IMG/VR virus record: IMGVR_UViG_3300023174_000120
Coordinates: 22,663-86,662 of that record
DNA: 64,000 nucleotides
Strand: one strand, 5' to 3'
DNA from: a virus
Positions within the stretch are counted from its first letter, which is position 1; each line of letters opens with the position of its first letter. This document shows positions 1 to 9,800 of this stretch, in pieces. A program made the position numbers and the translations under genes. The notes beneath the pieces are model-generated. The model did no database searches, was not told the DNA's origin, and saw only the letters and a list, made by a program, of their open reading frames with translations.

Positions 1-1
1 A

Positions 2-319
2 AGTTGTCAGATGTATCAGCGTAGTGCAGATATGTTTTTGGGAGTGCCATTTAACATCGCTAGTTATGCACTGTTTACGCACATGATAGCCCAGGTCTGT
101 AATTTAGCTGTAGGGGAGTTGATTATTACGTTAGGTGATGCTCATATCTACAATACTCACATCGACCAGGTTAAAGAACAATTGTCCAGAGAGCCTATGA
201 CATTGCCTGTGTTAACATTGAATCCATCAATTGGTGTGATTACCAATTTTGTTATGGATGATATTGAACTAATTGGATATACCAGCCACGGCGCTATAGC
301 AGCACCAATGGCTGTTTAA
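2..319 (+). CDS. thyA: Thymidylate synthase, C-terminal part (gene begins before the window)
   Basis: [28 protein letters not shown] and terminal APMAV are the ThyA C-terminal motifs; the frame is open from position 2. Confidence 0.95.
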   Translation, partial: SCQMYQRSADMFLGVPFNIASYALFTHMIAQVCNLAVGELIITLGDAHIYNTHIDQVKEQLSREPMTLPVLTLNPSIGVITNFVMDDIELIGYTSHGAIAAPMAV

Positions 320-1560
320 ACTACTAAAACTTCTATAACCCCAAAGCCCTCGGAGTGATTTCCTAGGGCTTTTCCTATTACAGCATTAGGACTATCACCA
401 TTACTCCAGGCTGCTGCATATCCCGGAACAGAGCTGGTTACTAGTAGATCACCTTTTTCTACGGTGCCACAAATTTTGCATAAAACTCGACCTTTTAAGG
501 CAATAAAGGGGTGAGTTTCGTCATTTCCGGCGTCAGAATTCATCATATATGCCGGATTTTTACTCACTATTCCAATCACTGCTGTATTGGCCTTAACGTC
601 TGTAGTTGTGACCTCTTTTTCCCCGCCTATTACTAAAACCGTACCTACCTCATATGGCTTGTCCGATTCATATCGTTCTGCTAGGTCCGCATAATAGGCA
701 GAGGTGGCTGTAGCATTTAGCACGCCAGTTGCCGCATTGTAATTAAAAGAACTGGTAGATGCTATAACAGTAGCACCGCCACTGAAGGTATTCACAAAAG
801 GAACAAAGAATGTTCCAGAAATTGTTGGAGTAACTGTGATTCCGGTCGCGGTGACTGCTGTTAATGCTTCGGCTGCTGTTCCCCAAAAATAGTAATCATT
901 GGCACGGCTAGACCCATTCACATCGCATCCGGCTAGTGTTACGCCTTTCTTAATACCATTACTGAAATCTGGCTTACCGGTTGAACTGATAAGATCAGAA
1001 TTGGTTACTTTTATAGTAGATGTACTTATTAAATCTGAAAAGGATGTAATAGCAACAGCAGGTCTGCTGTTTAAATTGCCTTTAATAAATGGAATACTAT
1101 ATGAAGTGTTGGTATCATCTATATAGGTTTCTTCGGTAAATGTCCAAGATGATTTAGCAGAAGAAACTGTAGTAGGTCCAACTGTTAGATAGCTAGTACC
1201 ATTAAATGCTTTTAGTTGATTACTGGCAGTATCCCACCATAACTCACCTTGAATAGAAACAGTAGGAGTAGTAGATTGAACTCTTAGTGTTGCTAAACCT
1301 TTAAAGTTTTTTCCATCATAACATACATTTAATCGTCGCTGATCACTGTTACTATTAAACCAAAGTTGTCCCATTAGCGGGCGACTAGGCTGTGTGGTAT
1401 TAGAAAAATTCTCTAATAATCTCAATAAGTTTTCATTGATAATTTCGCCGTAGCCGGAATAATTCCTACCGACAAAACTTAAATTGGTAGTGAGATCTAA
1501 ACTGGCATCTTCTAATACTGCTAATTTAGTTCCGTTAGTTTTATTTAAAATATAAGGCAT
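316..1560 (-). CDS. Tail fibre/baseplate-associated protein with C-terminal peptidase-G2-like intramolecular chaperone domain
   Basis: N-terminal domain shared with 1912..2895 and 2902..5409 (L.FVGRNY.GYG...LLENF...P..GQLW). C-terminus YADLAERY...ALKGRV.CK..G.V.KGDLLV resembles autocleaving chaperone domains. Confidence 0.7.
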   Translation of the reverse strand: MPYILNKTNGTKLAVLEDASLDLTTNLSFVGRNYSGYGEIINENLLRLLENFSNTTQPSRPLMGQLWFNSNSDQRRLNVCYDGKNFKGLATLRVQSTTPTVSIQGELWWDTASNQLKAFNGTSYLTVGPTTVSSAKSSWTFTEETYIDDTNTSYSIPFIKGNLNSRPAVAITSFSDLISTSTIKVTNSDLISSTGKPDFSNGIKKGVTLAGCDVNGSSRANDYYFWGTAAEALTAVTATGITVTPTISGTFFVPFVNTFSGGATVIASTSSFNYNAATGVLNATATSAYYADLAERYESDKPYEVGTVLVIGGEKEVTTTDVKANTAVIGIVSKNPAYMMNSDAGNDETHPFIALKGRVLCKICGTVEKGDLLVTSSVPGYAAAWSNGDSPNAVIGKALGNHSEGFGVIEVLVV

Positions 1561-1567
1561 AATTTAT

Positions 1568-1906
1568 TTATAAGACCCATACTGAGACTAAATCTCTACC
1601 CCAGTTACCTGAGCGAGAATTTTCTAAGGCAATAGCAAATACTTCCGGATGCCCGGGTTGAGTGACTCTAGCCTTACCATTATCCGAAGCCACTAATCTA
1701 TCTCCTTTTTTAACCAAAGAATCACACTTAATTTGAGTTCTACCTTTGATCACCACTGTTACATCATTTTGATCACTACTAGATACCACACCGACTACTC
1801 GATCTCCATTTGAACAGGAAACAATTTCTGCTGATCCACCTATGGTAACTACGGTTCCGTCTGCAAGGGCAGTGTCTGATTTAAATACTTCAGTTATAAC
1901 GGTCAT
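1568..1906 (-). CDS. Stand-alone copy of the chaperone-like C-terminal domain of 316..1560
   Basis: GTVVTIGG...VVGVVS...IKGRTQIKC...VKKGDRLV...AIALEN aligns by eye with the last ~120 aa of 316..1560; AAGGA SD-like sequence upstream. Confidence 0.7.
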   Translation of the reverse strand: MTVITEVFKSDTALADGTVVTIGGSAEIVSCSNGDRVVGVVSSSDQNDVTVVIKGRTQIKCDSLVKKGDRLVASDNGKARVTQPGHPEVFAIALENSRSGNWGRDLVSVWVL

Positions 1907-1911
1907 ATATT

Positions 1912-2895
1912 TTAAATCCTTGAAAATTCGCTTATAACATTAGTAGCTGTGTAAGCGGCTCCGGTAGTTTTTCCTACCCACACTCCAGTTTGATCTGCCT
2001 TAAAAAGTCTAATCTGATATACATAAGAACTAGCAGTTGAGCTTAATAAAACTCTAGCTTCGCTATTAACCGGAACCCCTGTTTCCGTTAACGTGGCTGC
2101 ATAATAATTAGGGATCGGATCTATTCCAGTGTTGATCGGAAAAACTGATCTCAATACCGCTGCGATTCTAGAATTTTGAGTAGTTACATTTACGGCATTA
2201 GACTCATATAAATTGTCTAATGTAGTGATATTACTTAAATTTAAATCTAGAGTCAAATATTTGTTTGAAATCTTTCCGCTATATTGAATATCACCAAGAA
2301 CTGTTAATCCCTTAACTGTTGAAGTAGTTGTTCCAGATGTTAGATATGAAAAGTTTGTTAAGGTATTAATAACAAAAGGTTCAGAGGATACATATCCTAG
2401 TGTAACACCATAGTTCTTTATTAATGTTAAATTTTTAGTATTATTATCAATATCTCTAACACTAACACTAGGTAAAACAAATCCGTTCTCGCCAACTAAC
2501 TTAGGAAATGCAGGGCCTACTACTGTGGCTGTGCTACCAGTATAAACTTTTAATTGAGTATTAGCAGTGTCCCACCATAAATCTCCAGCAACTAATGTTG
2601 ATGGTTGGGTAGATGCTATAATGGCTCCGCTAATAGATTTAAAAGATCCATCAAACACTTTGACCCGTTTACCAGTAGTGTCATACCATAGCTGCCCTAC
2701 TAAAGGACTGCGAGGAGGATTACCCGATGTATTAGCGGAGTTGGCCAATAACTTAACAAGATTGTTATTGTATTCTTGACCGAACCCTGTGTAATTTTTT
2801 CCAATTAAGGTCAGGCTGGTAGCAGATTGATCGATCGTGCCATCTGCCAAAGATAGTAATTTGGTTCCGTCTGTATTTGATATTGTATATGCCAT
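1912..2895 (-). CDS. Virion structural protein, paralog of the flanking fibre genes
   Basis: Same N-terminal domain (TSLTLIGKNYTGFG...GQLWYDT...GDLWWDT). Confidence 0.7.
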   Translation of the reverse strand: MAYTISNTDGTKLLSLADGTIDQSATSLTLIGKNYTGFGQEYNNNLVKLLANSANTSGNPPRSPLVGQLWYDTTGKRVKVFDGSFKSISGAIIASTQPSTLVAGDLWWDTANTQLKVYTGSTATVVGPAFPKLVGENGFVLPSVSVRDIDNNTKNLTLIKNYGVTLGYVSSEPFVINTLTNFSYLTSGTTTSTVKGLTVLGDIQYSGKISNKYLTLDLNLSNITTLDNLYESNAVNVTTQNSRIAAVLRSVFPINTGIDPIPNYYAATLTETGVPVNSEARVLLSSTASSYVYQIRLFKADQTGVWVGKTTGAAYTATNVISEFSRI

Positions 2896-2901
2896 TCGAT
2901 T

Positions 2902-5409
2902 TTATCCTATTCTCCACTCAGATCCGGTATAATAAACAGGAACCACATATGATCCTCCACTGGCCGCAACACTATAAAATGTACTGGTATTGGCATCGCT
3001 TACCATTGCTCGCATTCCTTGAAGCCCGGATGGCAATGTTCCTACGGTATAAGTTGGTGTTATTAGAGGAGTAAATGCTTGTACATAGGTTTTAGCTATC
3101 TGAAGTGATCCTACCGAATCAATTGTAAAGTTTAATTGCTTATTAGTTCTATCATATGCCATAGTAGAGCTACTACTAAGTGCAATGAGAGGATTGCCAC
3201 TGTTCATTGTAAGATAAAAATTATCATCATCCAATGTTAATCGTTCAAGCGTGGTCCAAACAGAACCGGTTGTTCTACCTAATGTATTGTTTGATAAATC
3301 GGTCGTTCCGTCAAAATATACAACACCGCCGGCATTTTCAATACCGTATCCTGTATTTCCAATAGACTTACCACCATTGATACGAACCTGATAACTGTTA
3401 ATGCTAGATCCAATCTTAATTCCGCTTTTAGCAGAACCAGGGCCTACAGTATAACCAGCACCTAAAATATAAGGAATATTAAAATCGTAGTCTAGTCCAG
3501 CTGTAATTTCTATACCGTGACTTGTTGGATAATCAATTTCAATATGATTGAAACGACCGATAGCAGGGAAGGTAGTAGCACTCGGATGACTATCTTTATA
3601 GGTATTACGAATAATTGCTCCCTTAGTTCCCACCAATCCAAGATATCCAATTTCTAAACTATGGCAATTACCATCCCAATCAAGTCCATATTGGTCATCG
3701 GCACAATCTAACACAGCAAAATTAATTCTTAAAATATCAGATCTCAAACTATCTGATCCGTACCAAGTAATACCTTTACCACCTGTTACTGCCCACATCC
3801 AGTCAACTACACAGGTGTTACATTCTTGAACGTGTAAAATAGAACTGGTTGTATTGTTAGTTCCAATACTAACTCCATGTAATTTCTTAATGGTTACACG
3901 ATTGGCGGCATCGACTCTTACAGCACATCCAGCAAGATCGGGAGCATTGAAAGTCAAATCAACTTCGACTCCTTCGTATCCAGTAATTGTAACACCGTTG
4001 ATACTACCACTAGGTTTTAAAATTCCAGGACCGCCAAATCGTTGATAACTATTATTTAGAACAATACCTGTTGTGTAATAATAGGTCTTACCATCTGACA
4101 AATATACAGATTTACCTGTGTTAATAGCAGCCTGTAAGGCACCATAATCATTTGTTGATCCATTACCTACCGCACCAAAATCTTCCGGATAAACTATGGC
4201 CGCAGTAGCGGTGGTTAAAATACGTGCCCCGGCAATGGTAGAAGTTGTTCCAATATTTAAACTACCTCCAATTCCAACTCCTCCAGCAACAGTTAGTGCG
4301 CCAGTTGTAGTTGAGGTTGATACTGCGGTATTTGATAATGATAACGTAGCAGTGTTTAAATTAAACCCATTGACATATAGTTTCTTACCTACATAAAAAT
4401 TACCGCCAACTGCTGCTCCACCTGTAATTACCAACGCACCTGTTGTGGTACTGACCGCCTCTGTAGTAACATTAATTTTTACCAAGGATTTTTCTATATA
4501 CATAGAATCCAATAGTCCAGGTGTAGCCCCTGTAGTTTTAAAAATTAATTTCCCACCTGGCGTATTATTAAGAATTACTGCGTCATTGGTATTTTTGTAA
4601 AATTGAATGTAGTTTGGATCACCAGATTTAAAAATTACTACACCATCTCTGCCAAGAGCGGCTGCTTGATCAGCAGGAGTTACGTAAACAACTTTACCTG
4701 TGATTGTTTCTCCGCCCGAATTGTCTTTTCTTAAAAATTTTGAAGATGAATAAAGAACTCCATTAATAGAAAAATTCGATGCGGATAATGCTGTCCCGTT
4801 AAGAATAGAACCAGTGGCTAAATTTGTTCCTGTAGTTAACGAGGTAAATCCTTCTATTACTGGGTTTGGGGTAAAGGCATCTTTTGTAACAATAGATATA
4901 ACCTTGCCATCAACTTTGTTTAATATAACATCATACGGCCCACCAGATAATGCCGGTAATGTAGCGACAATAGCCCCGGTGTCTGTGGAAGTAGATGGGC
5001 CTACTGTAGTCCAATTTCCAGAACTGTAAATTTTAAGTTGTGTCTTGCTAGTGTCAACCCAAATATCACCTTCTTTAAGACCTTGATTAGTTTCTAAGGT
5101 TGGGTCTGTAGATTGCTGATATATTCCACTTACTGTTGGCCAATTCGCTCCATCTAGTACCCGCAATACTTTATTATTAGGATCACTAGTGTCATACCAC
5201 AATTGCCCTTCTATAGGATTTTCAGGAGGAATTTGATTGGCAAAATTTTCTAATAGATACAAGAAATTTTGTGCTATCTTTTCACCATAGTTAGGATATC
5301 CTCTACCTACTAGGTCTAGGCTTGTATCAACAGCATTGATGCCGGGCGGCATGGCAGGAACTACAATAGTAGTCTTGGTGCTATCAGAAAATTTCAATGT
5401 ATAGGACAT
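2902..5409 (-). CDS. Tail spike/fibre with pectate-lyase-like beta-helix (putative depolymerase)
   Basis: Shared N-terminal domain, STTTGAL.V.GG fibre repeats, then VYPEDFGAVGNGSTNDYGALQAAIN, the typical start of a pectate_lyase_3-type beta-helix. Confidence 0.7.
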   Translation of the reverse strand: MSYTLKFSDSTKTTIVVPAMPPGINAVDTSLDLVGRGYPNYGEKIAQNFLYLLENFANQIPPENPIEGQLWYDTSDPNNKVLRVLDGANWPTVSGIYQQSTDPTLETNQGLKEGDIWVDTSKTQLKIYSSGNWTTVGPSTSTDTGAIVATLPALSGGPYDVILNKVDGKVISIVTKDAFTPNPVIEGFTSLTTGTNLATGSILNGTALSASNFSINGVLYSSSKFLRKDNSGGETITGKVVYVTPADQAAALGRDGVVIFKSGDPNYIQFYKNTNDAVILNNTPGGKLIFKTTGATPGLLDSMYIEKSLVKINVTTEAVSTTTGALVITGGAAVGGNFYVGKKLYVNGFNLNTATLSLSNTAVSTSTTTGALTVAGGVGIGGSLNIGTTSTIAGARILTTATAAIVYPEDFGAVGNGSTNDYGALQAAINTGKSVYLSDGKTYYYTTGIVLNNSYQRFGGPGILKPSGSINGVTITGYEGVEVDLTFNAPDLAGCAVRVDAANRVTIKKLHGVSIGTNNTTSSILHVQECNTCVVDWMWAVTGGKGITWYGSDSLRSDILRINFAVLDCADDQYGLDWDGNCHSLEIGYLGLVGTKGAIIRNTYKDSHPSATTFPAIGRFNHIEIDYPTSHGIEITAGLDYDFNIPYILGAGYTVGPGSAKSGIKIGSSINSYQVRINGGKSIGNTGYGIENAGGVVYFDGTTDLSNNTLGRTTGSVWTTLERLTLDDDNFYLTMNSGNPLIALSSSSTMAYDRTNKQLNFTIDSVGSLQIAKTYVQAFTPLITPTYTVGTLPSGLQGMRAMVSDANTSTFYSVAASGGSYVVPVYYTGSEWRIG

Positions 5410-5411
5410 AC

Positions 5412-6041
5412 TTAAATTCCATTAGTAAGACTCTGGACTCTTACCGTATAATCAATTTGTATCATTCTGTTTAATGATTTTTGAACAGGATGAAAAATAA
5501 CGTGAGTTAATAAATCTCCCATACCCGGTCCTTCTGGGCTATAAGATTTAAGTCCTAACTCATCAAACACAAATGTACCATCGGTATTGGTAGCATTGTC
5601 AAATGCTGCCTGACCTGTAGGTTCACCAAAGTCCAGTAAACAACTGACTAAAATATCGCTGTAGGCAGTTCCTAACACATGACGGACTTCCATAAAGTTT
5701 CTAGCCGGGTCTAAACTATCTGTCGATCTGGCATCGACAATTTTAGTATAGGTTTCGTTATATAATGCGCTATTGGTGCCTACAGTGTTAGGAGTTAGGT
5801 AAGTAATTATACCAGTTTCTCCTACTCTTGTTCCGCCATTACCAAATGCCATTTCTGAAATAGTTCCAAATCCTTGACTGCTTAAACTTCTTGCTAATGC
5901 TAAAGAAAAATTCTCATAATGGATGGCATTACGCTTGTCAATAAAAACTTCTTTAGATACAGGATCAAAAATCTTGATGTGCCCTTGAATGCTGATAGAG
6001 CCTTGCTCGTCGGGTTTTCTTATGGTTGCTGTATTATTCAT
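5412..6041 (-). CDS. Conserved virion/baseplate structural protein
   Basis: 209-aa ORF in the baseplate block, preceded by a late promoter; FVFDELGL and LLTHVIFHPVQKSLNR motifs. Confidence 0.6.
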   Translation of the reverse strand: MNNTATIRKPDEQGSISIQGHIKIFDPVSKEVFIDKRNAIHYENFSLALARSLSSQGFGTISEMAFGNGGTRVGETGIITYLTPNTVGTNSALYNETYTKIVDARSTDSLDPARNFMEVRHVLGTAYSDILVSCLLDFGEPTGQAAFDNATNTDGTFVFDELGLKSYSPEGPGMGDLLTHVIFHPVQKSLNRMIQIDYTVRVQSLTNGI

Positions 6042-6059
6042 AGTGGTATTTATGCTGTA

Positions 6060-6857
6060 TTAAAAGGTGGTGGCATAGAGTTTACGCCAGGTATTGGTGG
6101 CAACACATATATAGACAAAATCCCCAGAGTAGGCAATCTGCCCAACTGTTCCCGAACTGCTGCTATTAGCAGGAGCCGATACTATTGTAATAGCGTTTGC
6201 TCCACTGGGACCACTTGGCCCGCTGGGTCCACTAGATCCTTGCGGACCTGATGCTCCTTGTGGACCTTGTGGTCCTTGTGCTCCAGCCCCTTGAGGTCCG
6301 CTAGGTCCCTGTGGTCCTGCTACATTACTAACTCCACTGGGGCCGCTTGGGCCCTGAGGGCCAACAAACCCCCGGGGGCCTTGTGGTCCCGCTACATTAC
6401 TAACTCCACTAGGTCCTTGTGTACCACTTGGTCCGCTTGGTCCTTGTGGCCCGGTAACTCCTTGCGGTCCTTGGGCACCTGCTCCACTTGGTCCGCTCGG
6501 CCCTTGTGGCCCTGCTATATTACTAACACCACTTGGGCCACTGGGCCCTTGTGGACCGGTCACTCCTTGTGGTCCTTGAGCACCGGTATATCCAGTATAA
6601 CCAATAGGACCTTGTGGGCCTACTACACCTTGTGGTCCTTGTGGTCCAGTTACACCGTTTGTTCCTGCCGTTCCATTTGGGCCACTGGGACCTTGTGGTC
6701 CTGTGCCACTCGGGCCGCTTGGGCCGCTAGGACCTCTGGATACCTGATTTAAAATGTCTTGATAAGACGCACGTCTAGCCAGCCGATGATCCTCGACAAT
6801 AAAATATGTTTCATCTGTTGCTGTTGTAATAACAGGTAATTGCGAAATCTTTGGCAT
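6060..6857 (-). CDS. Collagen-like fibre protein
   Basis: Long Gly-X-Y tract (GPQGPSGPS) between an N-terminal KISQLP module and a C-terminal [19 protein letters not shown] module. Confidence 0.9.
   Translation of the reverse strand: MPKISQLPVITTATDETYFIVEDHRLARRASYQDILNQVSRGPSGPSGPSGTGPQGPSGPNGTAGTNGVTGPQGPQGVVGPQGPIGYTGYTGAQGPQGVTGPQGPSGPSGVSNIAGPQGPSGPSGAGAQGPQGVTGPQGPSGPSGTQGPSGVSNVAGPQGPRGFVGPQGPSGPSGVSNVAGPQGPSGPQGAGAQGPQGPQGASGPQGSSGPSGPSGPSGANAITIVSAPANSSSSGTVGQIAYSGDFVYICVATNTWRKLYATTF
6200..6735 (-). repeat. GC-rich 9-bp-period repeats encoding collagen Gly-X-Y triplets
   Basis: Recurrent ggtccttgt/gggccgctt units; local GC is visibly above the window background. Confidence 0.85.
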
Positions 6858-6858
6858 C

Positions 6859-9800
6859 TTAATTTCCTTCTAGCGGCTGGTCTTCGTCTGTAGTAATAGC
6901 GTATCCGTCATCTCCAACCAATCCCGGATCACCTCCATAATAATACTTATCTGGTAATTCAGCAGGGCGCAACTGTAAGAACTTGGCCTGCGTTGTGCTG
7001 CTCACCATTAAAGATTTAGTTTCATCAGAACTTATTATATCATTCCATACTGTTGTTAAATCTTTCTTGGTCACTACTAATTTTATTCCCCCCTGAACTC
7101 CGTTATCAATATTTAATATTAAATCAAAACTATTTTTAATTAGCAAACTGGCATTTGATTCTGTATTAACAGTGAATCCTAATTCTGTAAAATCATAACC
7201 TACAGCAAGTTTAACATATGATAAAGCATCTGTTAATGTAACTTGCCCGTCACCATTTAAATCATACAATAAGTCTTCCGGTAATACTCCAATGGCCATT
7301 TTAACAGCATCTATTCCGAAATTTAATGCCATTGTTTTATCAATAATTTCAACAGTGAATTCTGGCGGTTGATAGTCTAATCCTCTGTAAACATAACCAT
7401 TAACTGATGACGAATCTACTGAGTTTTCATATATCCATACCTGATTAGTATCTTCAACAATATATCCTTGGCCCATAACTGTAGTGGATGGCAATAAATC
7501 TACTGTAGAGGTGGTACCAATAGATGTATATCTAGGACTATCATAAGATACTGTAATATCTTGATGGAATGTTCCTGTCTTGTTTAATTTTCGACCGCCA
7601 TACCGAACATCTATTTGATTGCTAATAAATCCCTGTCCTTCTTGAAGTATTAAATTAGTACTAAATGTTATTCCATCATTGATATATTGATGATAGGTTC
7701 CTGTATTTGCAACATAATCAATAGAACTGATAGAATATGTATTGGTTGATGTAGAAGTCAATAACACCTGTTTGTAAATATTTTCTTTGTAAGGAACAGT
7801 TTGATCTAACCCTTGATCAATAACTTTGGTATTTTCTTCGCTGTAAAAACTAGGTGCTGTTCCTAATGTTGATCTACGCAACTGTCCCAACACATTTCCT
7901 GTAACTGTAAAGAATTCTATACGCTCGCCGTCAATAATTACAACACCGGGCATATTTTTAGCCACTAACGGTGGGGTCAATACCGACGCATCTGCTACAT
8001 AAATCTCAGTATCGGTAAACGATAACGGCTGAGTTAAGTAGGTTGTATTTTGTTTGCTCAGTCTCTTAAAATGTGTTCTATTAAAGATGTCATTGAACAC
8101 TCGATAACCTAACACAGTAGTAGCCAATGGCGAGTCACTGATCGATATAATAGTAATTTTATCACTTGCTGTATGCTCAAATCTCGAACTTATTTGAACT
8201 GTAACTAGATCGTCTAAAATTTCATAATCTAGTTTATTAACCAGTGGTATACCATTGACAATAACCCAAACATAATTGTCATTGAGAGCCGGGCGACTGA
8301 TTTGATATCTACGCCCAGCAAGTCCAATAAACTGCTCAGTTCTAATAAACATATTATCATGATTGTTATAGGTAATAACTTTGATCTGTTTACTAGTTGA
8401 GAATCCTGGCTCTAAAGATAATACATTACCAACAATATCATAATCATAGTTAGGCGTAGCCGGTTTTGATAACACAGCCACTACATCATTAACCTGACAA
8501 ATACCAAAATTAATAGAAACCTGTGTGCCACCAACTACACTGTATTCAAAACCTGGTTTAAGTTCAATACCATTAACATACACTCTTAAACTGCTGCCTA
8601 ATGTATATGTACCTGTATTGTTGATTGGGAAAGTGGTACTATAAAGGTTAACAACTTTATAATAATCAGTATGAGGAGGTCTGAGAATATTTCTTTGACC
8701 AGTAGCAGGATCATACAATTCCACAATGGCTTCTTCCGCTACAGGTTCTATATTTCCCGGAGGATACGATAAAGTATAATAGGTGCTGCCAGTGATAGTG
8801 AATGTTTCTTCCTTAACTTCATTAAAATACTTGTTGTAAGTACCAAAGAACCATGCAGTTACCGTATTGGTTTTATCGGTAGGTAATCTATGTACATTAA
8901 CAGCAGCTCTACGATTAATAGAATTAGCATAGGTTAATTCATAGTAAACACCGGTTCCTGTGGACTCAATTTTTTGACCATTCAGTGTTACATAAGCACT
9001 TTTTACAGACTGATAAGAAGATAGACTTTGCGCCTGAACTGTTGATGTTCCTATTACAGAAACACTGGACGAATCTATCACTCCGGCTTCTTGATCTGGT
9101 CTCCCGCCACCAATGCTAACAATAGTATATCCTAAATTACCACTTACTGCTTGTGGTGGTAAAACAATTTGATTGGCAGCCCAATCAATGGTATAAGTGC
9201 TGGCAGTAAAATTAGTTCCTGTAATATAAGTGAATATATTATTGTTAAATGTTACTATGATGTTGTCGGCACTGGGTGGAACTATTCCCAATGTTTGAGT
9301 AGTAGTTGTGCCGGCAACAACATTAACATATGAACTTAATACAATAGGACCACCTTGAGGATTTTTAGTATAAACATTTATACCTAGGCTTTCATTAACT
9401 TCTCCAGGTACTAATTCTTCAGGAGCATAACTGGTGTTGGCTGTAATAAACCCGTCGCCATCTATTGTAATATCCTCAGGATTAATACCTAATGCACCAA
9501 CTCTGGTAGAAGTATTCCAGGTGCCGCCTTCGATAGCGCTATCTAAAATACTCATTTCAGAATCTAATGTCCAAAATTCTATGCTAGAACCTGTTGAAAT
9601 TGTTGCAAAAGTTGTTGTATTAAATATAACAAGATTAGTTGATGTGTTTATATCAACTACTTGAACTGTAGCAGTTGTAAATGTTTGTGTTACTGTGCTG
9701 GATACATTAACATATTGCCCTATCGATACTCCTGCTATACTAGATAAGTGAATCGAAGTCCAAGTTCCCCCGACCGAAGATGAAGCAGAACTAGAAGTTG

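Noticed and set aside
1900-1930. Frameshift fusing 1912..2895 to 1568..1906
   Set aside because: The downstream ORF is in the -1 frame, but there is no in-frame slippery heptamer and it has its own ATG with an AAGGA SD.
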